A DNA stretch of 64,000 nt from Macrostomum lignano (GCA_002269645.1 NIVC01002916.1:66281-130280); one strand, 5' to 3'. Shown: positions 10,801-22,430, counted from the stretch's first letter. Numbers and translations are program-made. Notes: a model not told the origin generated them from the letters alone.

Positions 10801-13800
10801 GGAGGCGCTGCTTCTGACATCTGCGTCACAGGCTGGTACCTAATCAGAAATTCACTCATGAACATTCCTATGAGCTCGCTCACTCATAATAAACACAGCT
10901 ACGAACTCACTCACGAACAATCTCACAATCTCACTCATGAACTCACTCATTAATTCACTCACAAACTCACTCATGAAATCATGAACTCACTCATGAACTC
11001 ATGAACTCACTCACAATCTCACTCATGAACTAACTCACTCATGAACTCACTCACAAACTCACCCATGAACTTATAAACTCACTCATGAACTCACTCACTT
11101 ATGAACTCACTCATGAAGTCTCTCACTCATGAACTCACTCACTTATGAACTCACTCATGAAGTCTCTCACTCATGAACTCACTCACTTATGAACTCACTC
11201 ATGAAGTCTCTCACTCATGAACTCACTCACTCATGAACTCACTCTTGAACTCACTCATGAACTCACTCATGAACTCTATCATTCATGAACTCACTTATGA
11301 AGTCTCTCACTCATGAACTCTCTCACTCATGAACTCACTTATGAAGTCTCTCACTCATGAACTCACTCTTGAACTCACTCATGAAGTCACTCAGTCATGA
11401 AGTCACTCACTCACTCACTAACCAGCGGCTCACAGCACAGACTCACCCCCTGCGCCACCACCCTGTCCCAGGACGGCTCCAGGTCGAGGCTCATGGAGTT
11501 CAACTGCAAGTTCTGGTCCTGAACCGGCCTTGGCAAGCCGTTGGCCTCGAGCTGCCTCAGCTGCTCCGCCAGCTTGTCGCGGCTGTCCTGAAGGTGAAAT
11601 AAAATTCAACAGATTTTAGCACCTGGTGGTTTGTATTTAGAATGATAATCGTTTCCATCGCTGTCAGTGCATTGAGGTTGCAACATAATGGGTTTGGTGG
11701 CAGAATGCCTCGACTGATTGACAGGTGAAAAAAGGTAACGCACGCGCGCACACAGTCAATAAAATATACGAGCTTTGTTGACAATGACCACGGGCAGCAG
11801 AAGAGGGAAGCTCTTCAAATTTATTGCAATTTTAGACTTCAATTTCAGAGCAATAGGACTTGTAGTTCTTTTGTCTTATCCGAAAAATTTCTATGGTAAA
11901 ATCCTTTAGACTTCAATTTCAGAGCAATAGGACTTGTAGTTCTTTTGTCTTATCCGAAAAATTTCTATGGTAAAATCCTTTAGACTTCAATTTCAGAGCA
12001 ATAGGACTTGTAGTTCTTTTGTCTTATCCGAAAAATTTCTATGGTAAAATCCTTTAGACTTCAATTTCAGAGCAATAGGACTTGTAGTTCTTTTGTCTTA
12101 TCCGAAAAGTTTCTATGGTAAAATCCTTTAGACTTCAATTTCAGAGCAATAGGACTTGAAGTTCTTTTGTCTTATCCGAAAAATTTCTATGGTAAAATCC
12201 TTTAGACTTCAATTTCAGAGCAATAGGACTTGTAGTTCTTTTGTCTTATCCGAAAAATTTCTATGGTAAAATCCTTTGGACTTCAATTTCAGAGCAATAG
12301 GACTTGTAGTTCTTTTGTCTTATCCGAAAAGTTTCTATGGTAAAATCCTTTAGACTTCAATTTCAGAGCAATAGGACTTGAAGTTCTTTTGTCTTATCCG
12401 AAAAATTTCTATGGTAAAATCCTTTAGACTTCAATTTCAGAGCAATAGGACTTGTAGTTCTTTTGTCTTATCCGAAAAATTTCTATGGTAAAATCCTTTA
12501 GACTTCAATTTCAGAGCAATAGGACTTGTAGTTCTTTTGTCTTATCCGAAAAGTTTCTATGGTAAAACCCTTTACGGTGCGAATCGAACCTCGGATCGAA
12601 CAAGATGCCAACTGTCATGCTTACACCTGGGAAGTTAAGAAGGTGATTAAAAAACTGAAATGAGTCCTTCAAATTCCAGAGATTTGAAGTATTGTTTGTG
12701 CCATGCCAAGTTAGAAAACGGATGTACCCTAAGCTGAAATCCCATAGAATAAAAATTGTGTTTAGCAAAGGCTGATATTGGATTGCTCCGTGAACGCCGT
12801 TTAAAATTTCTGTGAAGCTTCGAGCCTGCGAAGCTTCGAGCTTGTGAAGCTTCGAGCTTGTGAATCTCCGAGTTTGTGAAGCTTCGAGCTTGTGAAGCTT
12901 CGAGCTTGTGAAGCTTCGAGCCTGTGAAGCTTCGAGCCTGCGAAGCTTCGAGCTTGTGAAGCTTCGAGCTTGTGAAGCTTCGAGCTTGAAGTTTCGAGCT
13001 TGTGAAGCTTCGAGCTTGTGAAGCTTCGAGCTTGTGAAGCTTCGAGCTTGTGAAGTTTCGAGCTTGTGAAGCTTCGAGCCTGTGAAGCTTCGAGCCTGTG
13101 AAGCTTCGAGCCTGTGAAGCTTCGAGCCTGTGAAGCTTCGAGCTTGTGAAGGCGAATCATCTCTCGTCAGAAAGTTGCGTATTGTCTATGGCCCAGCCCA
13201 TTTTTCTTCTGCAGTATTTCAACTCTGGATGCCCGTCTTCTAACTTAGCATGACAAAAGCAACATCAAACCCTTTGCCACCAGTAGGTTCCGTGTTTCGC
13301 TCGCAATTAAGCATGGGTGATTCGCTCACAATATTGACAATGTTGGCACAACAACAGAGAGCCTTTGCTGCGTTTGCTCTGATCGGGGCCGCACTGTGCT
13401 GCACAAGCGCGAGCGTGTGCGGAAATCATGCTGAGTAGCAGGTGCAGGAATTAACTGAGAGATTAACTTCACTTGGCTACAGGCTCAGCAGATTCGAACT
13501 CGGCTTGCTACAACTAATAATATACACCCACAGATCATGGTACAGTGTCTCGGGATGCAAAATTACATTATGCAAAGTGACATGATGATGCAAAGTGACA
13601 TGATGATGCAAAGTGACATGATGATGCAAAGTGACATGATGATGCAAAGTGATATGATGATGCACAGTGACATGATGACGCAAAGTGATATGATGATGCA
13701 CAGTGACATGATGACGCAAAGTGATATGATGATGCACAGTGACATGATGATGCACAGTGACATGATGATGCAAAGTGATATGATGATGCACAGTGACATG

Positions 13801-16800
13801 ATGACGCAAAGTGATATGATGATGCACAGTGACATGATGACGCAAAGTGACATGATGATGCAAAGTGACATGATGATGCACAGTGACATGATGATGCACA
13901 GTGACATGATGATGCAAAGTGACATGATGACGCAAAGTGACATGATGATGCACAGTGACATGATGATGCACAGTGACATGATGATGCAAAGTGACATGAT
14001 GACGCAAAGTGATATGATGATGCACGGTGGCATTATGCAGTGACATGATGATGCACAGTGACATGATGATGCAAAGTGACATGATGATGCAAAGTGACAT
14101 GATGATGCAAAGTGACATGATGATGCAGTGACATGATGATGCAAAGTGACATGATGATGCAAAGTGACATGATGATGCAGTGACATGATGACGCAAAGTG
14201 ACATGAAGATGCAAAGTGACATGATGACGCAAAGTGACATGAAGATGCAAAGTGACATGATGACGCAAAGTGATATGATGATGCACGGTGGCATTATGCA
14301 GTGACATGATGATGCAAAGGGACTTGATGATGCAAAGGGACTTGATGATGCAAAGTGACATGATGCACAGTGGCATGATGCAAAGTGACATTATGCAAAG
14401 TGGATTATGCAAAGTGACATGATGCAAAGTGGATTATGCAAAGTGACATGATGCACAGTGGCATGATGCAAAGTGACATGATGCAAAGTGACATGATGAT
14501 GCACAGTGACATGATGATGCAAAGTGACATGATGATGCAAAGTGACATTATGCAAAGTGGATTATGCAAAGTGACATGATGCACAGTGGCATGATGCAAA
14601 GTGACATGATGCAAAGTGACATGATGCAAAGTGACATGATGCAAAGTGACATGATGCAAAGTGACATGATGCACAGTGGCATGATGCAAAGTGACATGAT
14701 GCAAAGTGACATGATGCAAAGTGACATGATGCACAGTGGCATGATGCAAAGTGACATGATGCAAAGTGACATGATGCAAAGTGACATGATGCACAGTGGC
14801 ATGATGCAAAGTGACATGACGCAAAGTGGCATTATGCAGTGACATGATGATGTTAAAGTGACGGAGTTGTATAAGTCCATTTTTCCCTCCACAATGGGGG
14901 AGCAGCGCTGTTTCTAAGAAATTGTTTGCTTTTATCAGGGGGATGGTCGGTGTCCCTCGGGGAGGACGCGGGACCTCCATGGACGTCAGCGCGAACCTCC
15001 GAGTCGCAGTCGGCGTCCCGCATTCCGGGAAACATCAGACTGAAGGAGTTTCGCCTGCCAGAGTTTGGCGGCCGGAGACTGGCGATCACCTGGAGCGAAA
15101 ATTGGCGAGTTGGGGAAATCGTTTGCGTTGCCATGCGGATGCTCAGGCCTGGGGACGCTCTGCCGATCGATGCTTCGGAGTGGATGAGGTCTTGAGCAAC
15201 AGGGGGAAGCAGACGATGAGGGGTCAGGCAGAGCAGCCCAGTGATTGTAATTGATTTCTCGTCAACAGCAGAGCCGGTCGCGGGCAACTCACGCCTGCCG
15301 ACATCCGCTTCTCGTTGCGCCTCTCCCGGCTCCGGTCTGAAAGATGGGGCGAGGCGTCAGAGCGGGGGTTGGAAGATGGGGAATGCTTCACTTCAGTTGC
15401 CAAGCTATTTTGTGCAGCCGGAGGGGGGCTGCGACATGAGGAAAGAGAGTCGGCGGGAACAAAGGAGAGCCATGAGATTTTTATCATGATTTGACTTGAC
15501 AGCATCCGAGACACTTGTGCCCATTAAATCATTCATTGACCCTTAAAGCAGAAGGACGCCGCTGTACTCGCGAAATTGCAATTGGAGCTAAGTGTGTTTG
15601 ACTCTCAGTTAAGTCAGAAAGTTGCGTGTTGTCCATGGCCCAACCCCGTTTTTATTCTGTCGGCTCTCAACTTGGGGTGTCTGTTTTTTCTCGTTTGACG
15701 TTTGGGTTTCGCAATGATTCGAATGGGTCCTACCATAAACGAAACTCTGTTGTAAAGATTCCATTTAGAAACAGATACTAAAGACATTGGAACACTTTAT
15801 AGAGTAGTCAGATAAAGTTGTGGGTGAACCTCGGTCAAAGTATAAACAAGCTGGCAAGGTGGAAGGGTGTCCCGCCAAAAATGTTACTAAAAATAGCAAC
15901 TCGTCAAACCAATTGGATTTGCGTGTACAATAAAAATCTTAGGGGGGGGGTCGAGATCCGTACATTTTAAGTGTACATTCCTTTGGCGCGTCAGTATCGA
16001 TCGCTAGTGCGTACATTAAGCCACTCGACCAGGCCTATTTGAACTTAGCAATGCCCCTAAAGTCCAGTTTGCCCAGCCCAGACAGCCGAACTTTAAACTC
16101 GCGCACAGACAGGGGTGCACGAGTAAGCAAAGAAAAGGTTCCCCGTTTCGGCGCAGCCTATTCAAATGAGAAAAATAGGAAATTTCCACAAGTCTCTCCT
16201 CTGGGACCTGACAGCCCCGGCCAAGCATTGACAGGCTAAGAAGAGAGTGTAGTGCCAGCCCGCGGTGAAATAAATGACCACCGACCGCACTTCTTTTTCT
16301 TTCCGTCTCTCTTCTCGTTTTTCTTCTTCTATTCCAGCCAGCAAGAAGTTCTCGATGTCGCTTTTCTATGCGATCCCGCCAAATCCGCGCTGGATTTATT
16401 TCTTAGAAAGCTGGAGAGTCAACGAACTCGCGCCTTGAATTTCTGGACTGCGCCTTGGATTTGGACTTTGGAGGCACTTGGAGTGACATTGGGTGCGAAC
16501 TGGGGAACTCAATGGAGTGACATTGACATAGTGACATAGTGAGACTAAAGAGAACTCTAATGAGAAACTCTAAAGAGGACTCTAATGAGAGCGACCTGAG
16601 ACCACAAAGGACAGTGACCTGGGGACACTAAGGGGATTGACCTGGAGACACTAAGGGGAGTGACCTGGAGACACTAAGGGGAGTGACCTGGAGACACTAA
16701 GGGGATTGACCTGGAGACACTAAGGGGAGTGACCTGGAGACACTAAGGGGAGTGACCTGGAGACACTAAGGGGATTGACCTGGAGACACTAAGGGGAGTG

Positions 16801-19800
16801 ACCTGGAGACACTAAGGGGAGTGACCTGGAGACACTAAGGGGAGTGACCTGGAGGCACTAAGGGGAGTGACCTGGAGACACTAAGGGGAGTGACCTGGAG
16901 ACACTTAGGAGAGTGACCTGGAGGCACTAAGGGGAGTGACCTGGAGACACTAAGGGGAGTGACCTGGAGACACTTAGGAGAGTGACCTGGAGACACTTAG
17001 GAGAGTGACCTGGAGACACTAAGAAGGGAGGTGACCTGGAGACACTAAGAAGGGAGGTGACCTGGAGACACTTAGGAGAGTGAGTGGTCCCCAGCACCCC
17101 AGAGACGCACCAGAGATGAGCTCGGTGTCCAGCTGTTTGTGGAAGAACTGCTGCGCGAAGATGCCAGCCAGGTTGCCGGTCAGCACTCCGGGCCCGACCA
17201 CTCCGGCCGCTGCCGCCCGACCGCCGATTGACGATGACCCCGTAGACAGCGAGGAAGAAACCGACGGCGACTCGGCGACGGAGACATCGGCGCCGCCGTC
17301 GCTGGAGGCGGACGCCAGGGTGGCGAGGCGCCTGGAGCCAGTTGGAGTGTTCATGGGCTTCTGGGCGCTGCTTGCGGGCTGAGGCGCGGAGTCAGTGCGC
17401 TCGGCTGGGCCATTCGGTACAAGTAAGGGGGACCGGCCGGCAGCCACCCCAACCTCCGCAAGCGCTGATTGGCTGTCGGTCGAGAGTGGCTGAATTCCAA
17501 TGCATCTTCGTCTTGTTGTTGGGGGGGGCAAAATAGGGAATTTTTCCCAACCAGCTGGGGAGCTGGCTGCGTAGAAATCCGGAAAGTATTGCGGACTGCT
17601 TATTCCGAAAGTTGTGTAATTAGGGGTCCTTTGTTTTTGGACCAAGCATGGCTTCACATCAGAAGTCTTTGACCTCGTAATGAGGCAACCTGAAGCCCAT
17701 TGGGTTTTCTACTCTATTCTATTGTATTCTACTCTATTCTATTCTATTCTATTCTATTCTACTCTACTCTATTCTATTCTATTCTATTCTATTCTATTCT
17801 ATTCTATTGTATTCTATTCTATTCTACTCTATTCTATTCTACTCTATTCTATTCTATTCTATTCTATTCTATTCTATTCTATTCTATTCTATTCTATTCT
17901 ATTCTATTCTATTCTATTCTATTCTATTCTATTCTATTCTATTCTATTCTATTCTACTCTATTCTATTCTATTCTATTCTATTCTATTCTATTCTATTCT
18001 ATTCTATTCTATTCTATTCTATTCTATTCTATTCTATTCTACTCTATTCTATTCTATTCTATTCTATTCTATTCTATTCTATTCTATTCTATTCTATTCT
18101 ATTCTATTCTATTCTATTCTATTCTATTCTATTCTATTCTATTCTATTCTATTCTATTCTATTCTATTCTATTCTATTCTATTCTATTCTATTCTATTCT
18201 ATTCTATTCTATTCTATTCTATTCTATTCTATTCTATTCTATTCTGTTCTATTCTATTCTATTCTACTCTATTCTATTCTATTCTATTCTACTCTACTCT
18301 ATTCTATTCTATTCTATTTTATTCTATTCTATTCTATTCTATTCTATTCTATTCTATTCTATTCTATTCTATTCTATTCTATTCTACTCTATTCTATTCT
18401 ATTCTATTCTATTCTATTCTATTCTATTCTATTCTATTCTATTCTATTCTATTCTATTCTATTCTATTCTATTCTATTCTATTCTATTCTATTCTATTCT
18501 ATTCTATTCTATTCTATTCTATTCTATTCTATTCTATTCTATTCTATTCTATTCTATTCTATTCTATTCTATTCTATTCTATTCTATTCTATTCTATTCT
18601 ATTCTATTCTATTCTATTCTATTCTATTCTATTCTATTCATAGTATTGGAAAATTGTGAGTATAATTTTTACAATTATCAGTCATCAGATTGGTTTTGCT
18701 GTGAAAACACATGAAAATACAGCGTTTAAAATGAGTGCATTGCTACTACAAGTAGGAGCACACGTGACAGCGATGGAAAGCTTGCGGATTTGCAAAAACG
18801 GAATTAAAAAATTCATTATTCAAACCTGCCTTCATTTTCCGCCGACTGCGCGAGCCCTTGCCGAAGATGGCGGCGGCCGCGGCGGATGCCGTCTCCCCGG
18901 ACGGCAGGCTCTCCTGACTGCCGGCGATGCGACTCGTCAGGCTCGTCAGGCTGTCGTGCAGAACTCGGAGATGCGGCGACTCCGTCACCGACTGCCGTTT
19001 GTGCGCCGCGGCGCAGCTGTCATGGCTGCTGCCAGTCGAGGTGGCGGAAGAGACGACGGTTGCGGCGGCGACGGTGGAGAGCGGCGCGGCGGCGGCGTGG
19101 CCCGTCAGACCGGTGTCCGAGCCCGAGTGGGCGTGCAGCGGCAGGGCGGGCATCGTGCCCCACACGTGGCACTGGTCCATGGACATCTGGGGGAGAGTGC
19201 AGGCCGACTGACTGTAGGGTCCGCGACTGTGGGATCTGTGACTGTGGGATCTGTAAGACTGTGGGATCTGTGACTGTGAGATCTGTAAGACTGTGGGATC
19301 TGTGACTGTGAGATCTGTGACTGTGGAATCTGTGACTGTGTGGGATCTGTGACTGTGTGGGATCTGTGAGACTGTGGGATCTGCGACTGTGGGATCTGTG
19401 ACTGTGGGATCTGTGACTGTGAGATCTGTAAGACTGTGGGATCTGTGACTGTGAGATCTGTGACTGTGGAATCTGTGACTGTGTGGGATCTGTGACTGTG
19501 TGGGATCTGTGAGACTGTGGGATCTGCGACTGTGGGATCTGTGACTGTGTGGGATCTGTGACTGTGAAATCTGTGACTGTGGGATCTGTGACTGTGGGAT
19601 CTGTGACTGTGGGATCTGTGACTGTGGGATCTGTGACTGTGGATCTGTGACTGTGGGATCTGTGACTGTGGGATCTGTGACTGTGGGATCTGTGACTGTG
19701 AGATCTGTAAGACTGTGGGATCTGTGACTGTGAGATCTGTGACTGTGGAATCTGTGACTGTGTGGGATCTGTGACTGTGTGGGATCTGTGAGACTGTGGG

Positions 19801-21210
19801 ATCTGCGACTGTGGGATCTGTGACTGTGGGATCTGTGACTGTGAAATCTGTGACTGTGGGATCTGTGACTGTGGGATCTGTGACTGTGGGATCTGTGACT
19901 GTGGGATCTGTGACTGTGGATCTGTGACTGTGGGATCTGTGACTGTGGGATCTGTGACTGTGGGATCTGTGACTGTGGCATCTGTGACTGTGGGATCTGT
20001 GACTGTGGGATCTGTGACTGTGGCATCTGTGACTGTGTGGGATCTGCGACTGTGGGATCTGTGACTGTGGGATCTGTGACTGTGGGATCTGTGACTGTGG
20101 GATCTGCGACTGTGGGATCTGTGACTGTGGGATCTGTGACTGCTGTGTGGGATGCCTTTCTTTTACACATTTACACATTCAGGGCTGAGTGAACCGCTCA
20201 TCGACAACTCACCGCCGTTTTCCTTGACAGCCGGAACTGATTGCGCCGCTGAAATCGAAGACGAACCTCTTCGCCGATTGACTGGCTGAGCTGAGGGCTT
20301 CTGAAGAAGGTTGGGTTGCGTGCGATGAATGGTTCAGAAGGGGATCGGGTTTGTGGGTTAATCAGTGGGTCAGGGGATCAGTGGGTCAGCGGATCAGTGG
20401 GTCAGGGGATCAGTGGGTCAGGGGATCAGTGGGTCAGGGGATCAGTGGGTCAGGGGATCAGTGGGTCAGGGGATCAGTGGGTCAGGGGATCAGTGGGTCA
20501 GGGGATCAGTGGGTCAGGGGATCAGTGGGTCAGGGGATCAGTGGGTCAGGGGATCAGTGGGTCAGGGGATCAGTGGGTCAGGGGATCAGTGGGTCAGGGG
20601 ATCAGTGGGTCAGGGGATCAGTGGGTCAGGGGATCAGTGGGTCAGGGGATCAGTGGGTCAGGGGATCAGTGGGTCAGGGGATCAGTGGGTCAGGGGATCA
20701 GTGGGTCAGGGGATCAGTGGGTCAGGGGATCAGTGGGTCAGGGGATCAGTGGGTCAGGGGATCAGTGGGTCAGGGGATCAGTGGGTCAGGGGATCAGTGG
20801 GTCAGGGGATCAGTGGGTCAGGGGATCAGTGGGTCAGGGGATCAGTGGGTCAGGGGATCAGTGGGTCAGGGGATCAGTGGGTCAGGGGATCAGTGGGTCA
20901 GGGGATCAGTGGGTCAGGGGATCAGGATTCAAACTCCCACTCGCCTTTCCGGCGAGCCTCCGACGGCGCCCAAGCCGCTTTCCTCATCGCCGAGCTCGAT
21001 GCCGCGGCTGACTCGATTGGTTGCCATGAAAACCATTGGCTGCGTCTGCGAGCCCGGCGCCGCTGCTGCCGCCGCTGCTGCCGCCGCTGCGGCCACCACT
21101 GCTTCCCGTCGAGTCAGGGTGGAGCTGGGCGAGATGCTGAACTGGGCGAAGCGAACATCCTCGGTCTCGGTGAGCGGCTGCCCGCTGCCTGACGACATTT
21201 GCGCTGATGA
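4736..21210 (-). CDS. Multi-exon DH-PH RhoGEF, PLEKHG5/6/7-like (gene span; 5' end unresolved)
   Basis: Spliced core reads KQQAAIWELFQTE...LKSLLTMPLQRITKYGLLLQEVLRHT...RLDLTRPMP...CLLFTDLLLLTK...LLRPPIPLERL, collinear with remembered PLEKHG5 motifs (HQQEAVWELLHTE, KPHQRLTKYPLLL, HLDLTAPIP, FLFTDLLLVTK, VIRPP). Core exons 11587 to 7057 join in phase via GT-AG. Confidence 0.85.
5160..5310. repeat. Intronic 16-bp repeat (CCTTGGTGCTGGCGCC)
   Basis: Direct repetition. Confidence 0.9.
5344..5403 (-). CDS. Probable penultimate RhoGEF exon (KCELKEREMNTLEQSQGHAK)
   Basis: tttttag| acceptor, AAG|GT donor, 60 nt, phase 0/0 compatible with both neighbours. Confidence 0.5.
5787..5950. repeat. Three degenerate copies of a ~58-bp unit containing ATTGG motifs
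   Basis: CTCATTGGCTGAAAA...GATTGGCCAGATCAA repeated three times. Confidence 0.8.
5974..6425 (-). CDS. RhoGEF exon, end of PH domain (VDCLLYLVAPDQRASDDWLERL) plus low-complexity tail; apparent 1-nt frameshift near 5990
   Basis: PH C-terminal Trp helix. ORF 5987-6448 stops at 5987, while the donor CAG|GTGCCC at 5974 is in the +1 frame. Confidence 0.7.
6490..6860. repeat. Intronic 14/16-bp repeat (GTGTGGGATGCTGA / GTGTGGGATGCCGGGT)
   Basis: Direct repetition. Confidence 0.95.
6910..6944 (-). CDS. Probable short RhoGEF PH-domain exon (VMLVKSETAGN); boundaries uncertain
   Basis: Fits the expected PH strand between the flanking exons, but the splice phases do not join cleanly (see findings). Confidence 0.4.
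7057..7189 (-). CDS. RhoGEF exon, PH domain (CSDARCLLFTDLLLLTK...IHRLTDS)
   Basis: ttccag| acceptor, |GTGAGT donor, LFTDLLL PH motif. Confidence 0.85.
7730..8022. repeat. Intronic 31-bp repeat (TCGTCCCTCGGCTGCACCCACCTCTCCACTC)
   Basis: Direct repetition. Confidence 0.95.
8088..8342 (-). CDS. RhoGEF exon, DH-PH linker (IAHTTDFCSRLN...EGELRLRDEKGK)
   Basis: ttccag| acceptor, |GTAAGA donor, 255 nt, phase 0/0. Confidence 0.85.
8540..8960. repeat. Intronic 30-bp repeat (TAAGCTACGGTAATGTACATTCTCYAGCCC)
   Basis: Direct repetition, about 14 copies. Confidence 0.95.
9009..9182 (-). CDS. RhoGEF exon, DH C-terminal half (WAHRMSC...PLQRITKYGLLLQEVL...ETM)
   Basis: ttgcag| acceptor, |GTGAGG donor, 174 nt, DH PxQRxxxYxLLL motif. 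Confidence 0.9.
9607..9918 (-). CDS. RhoGEF exon, DH domain (VYIAVIQHLQ...FGEFVK)
   Basis: cccccaag| acceptor, |GTACGG donor, 312 nt, phase 0/0. Confidence 0.85.
9910..10132. repeat. 45-bp repeat (5 copies) that includes the splice acceptor and first bases of the 9607-9918 exon
   Basis: GATGTACACCTTGGGGGMRGGCGGGGACGCTGATAAAGCACCGGT repeated. Confidence 0.95.
10692..10790 (-). CDS. RhoGEF exon, DH helix 1 (SITSAKMLKQQAAIWELFQTEINILRHLKTIIE)
   Basis: tttccag| acceptor, |GTGAGC donor, 99 nt, DH signature WELFQTE. Confidence 0.85.
10880..11420. repeat. Degenerate ACTCACTCATGA-type repeat (GTGAGT-rich on the gene strand)
   Basis: Direct repetition. Confidence 0.9.
11447..11587 (-). CDS. RhoGEF exon, pre-DH region (DSRDKLAEQL...LEPSWDRVVAQG)
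   Basis: ttcag| acceptor, |GTGAGT donor, 141 nt, phase 0/0. Confidence 0.8.
11831..12570. repeat. 74-bp AT-rich tandem repeat, about 10 copies
   Basis: TTTAGACTTCAATTTCAGAGCAATAGG... recurs at 11831, 11905 and onward. Confidence 0.95.
12825..13150. repeat. 16-bp self-complementary repeat (GAAGCTTCGAGCTTGT)
   Basis: Direct repetition with internal palindromes GAAGCTTC and TCGA. Confidence 0.95.
13166..13235. repeat. Dispersed ~70-bp degenerate repeat, second copy at about 15613-15680
   Basis: GTCAGAAAGTTGCGTRTTGTCYATGGCCCARCCC shared. Confidence 0.7.
13570..14835. repeat. 18-bp then 15-bp repeat (GTGACATGATGATGCAAA / GTGACATGATGCAAA)
   Basis: Direct repetition. Confidence 0.95.
14970..15428 (-). 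CDS. Probable N-terminal RhoGEF exons (about 15293-15428 and 15089 to an unresolved donor)
   Basis: GC-rich open frames, |GTGAGT donor at 15292 and ttcgctccag| acceptor at 15090 are phase 0 compatible; no recognisable domain. Confidence 0.4.
16610..17085. repeat. 22-23 bp repeat (GACCTGGAGACACTAAGGGGAGT)
   Basis: Direct repetition. Confidence 0.95.
17111..17566 (-). CDS. Probable N-terminal low-complexity exon of the RhoGEF gene
   Basis: Inside ORF 17019-17657, tacgcag| acceptor, |GTGCGT donor, phase 1/1 matching the upstream exon. Confidence 0.55.
17709..18640. repeat. (ATTCT)n pentanucleotide microsatellite, about 930 bp
   Basis: Direct repetition with occasional ACTCT interruptions. Confidence 0.98.
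18826..19186 (-). CDS. Probable N-terminal exon (MSMDQCHVW...RRKMKA)
   Basis: ctcccccag| acceptor, |GTTTGA donor, GC-rich open frame. Confidence 0.55.
19215..20145. repeat. 15-bp repeat (CTGTGGGATCTGTGA) with internal higher-order duplication
   Basis: Direct repetition. Confidence 0.95.
20213..20300 (-). CDS. Probable short exon (SPQLSQSIGEEVRLRFQRRNQFRLSRKTA)
   Basis: ttcttcag| acceptor, |GTGAGT donor, ends in phase 0 matching the next exon. Confidence 0.45.
20362..20925. repeat. Near-perfect 16-bp G-rich repeat (GTGGGTCAGGGGATCA)
   Basis: Direct repetition, about 35 copies. Confidence 0.98.
20935..21210 (-). CDS. Probable GC-rich exon with poly-Ala run; frame and boundaries unresolved
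   Basis: Exon-like composition between two tandem arrays. Confidence 0.35.
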
Positions 21211-21227
21211 GGGCGATCGGTTGATAA

Positions 21228-22430
21228 TTGACAGACAGCATTGACAGCATTGACAGCATTGACAGCACTGACTGCCAGTTGACAGCATTGGCAGCATTGA
21301 CAGCATTGACAGCATTGACAGCATTGACAGCATTGACAGCATTGACAGCATTGACAGCATTGACAGCATTGACTGGCAGTTGACAGCATTGACAGCATTG
21401 ACAGCATTGACAGCATTGACAGCATTGACTGGCAGTTGACAGCATTGACAGCATTGACAGCATTGACAGCATTGACAGCATTGACAGCACTGACTGCCAG
21501 TTGACAGACAGCATTGACAGCACTGACTGCCAGTTGACAGACAGCATTGACAGCATTGACAGCACTGACTGCCAGTTGACAGACAGCATTGACAGCATTG
21601 ACAGCACTGACTGCCAGTTGACAGACAGCATTGACAGCATTGACAGCACTGACTGCCAGTTGACAGACAGCATTGACAGCACTGACTGCCAGTTGACAGC
21701 ATTGGCAGCATTGACAGCACTGACTGCCAGTTGACAGACAGCATTGACAGCATTGACAGCACTGACTGCCAGTCAACAGACAGTATTGACAGCACTGACG
21801 GATAGTCAACAGACAGCATTGACAGCATTGACAGCACTGACTGGCAGTTGACAGACAGCGTTGACAGCACTGACTGGCAGTTGACAGACAGCATTGACTG
21901 CCAGTCAACAGACAGCATTGACAGCACTGACTGGCAGTTGACAGACAGCGTTGACAGCACTGACTGGCAGTTGACAGACAGCATTGACTGCCAGTCAACA
22001 GACAGCATTGACAGCACTGACTGGCAGTTGACAGACAGCATTGACTGCCAGTCAACAGACAGCATTGACAGCACTGACTGGCAGTTGACAGACAGCGTTG
22101 ACAGCACTGACTGGCAGTTGACAGACAGCATTGACTGCCAGTCAACAGACAGCATTGACAGCACTGACTGGCAGTTGACAGACAGCGTTGACAGCACTGA
22201 CTGGCAGTTGACAGACAGCATTGACTGCCAGTCAACAGACAGCATTGACAGCACTGACTGGCAGTTGACAGACAGCGTTGACAGCACTGACTGGCAGTTG
22301 ACAGACAGCATTGACTGCCAGTCAACAGACAGCATTGACAGCACTGACTGGCAGTTGACAGACAGCGTTGACAGCACTGACTGGCAGTTGACAGACAGCA
22401 TTGACTGCCAGTCAACAGACAGCATTGACA
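21228..22430. repeat. GACAGCATT 9-mer-derived array with higher-order units
   Basis: Direct repetition. Confidence 0.95.

Noticed and set aside
11831-12570. CRISPR-like appearance of regular 30-74 bp repeats here and at 3718, 8540, 39100, 40540
   Set aside because: Units are contiguous with no unique spacers, there are no cas genes, and the context is eukaryotic introns.
12576-13430. Two possible small exons (13330-13430: …GSLLLCQHCQY; 12576-12626) faintly like the Cys-rich N-terminus of PLEKHG5
   Set aside because: They join each other in phase but not the next confident exon at 11587, and the similarity is too weak to call without cDNA.
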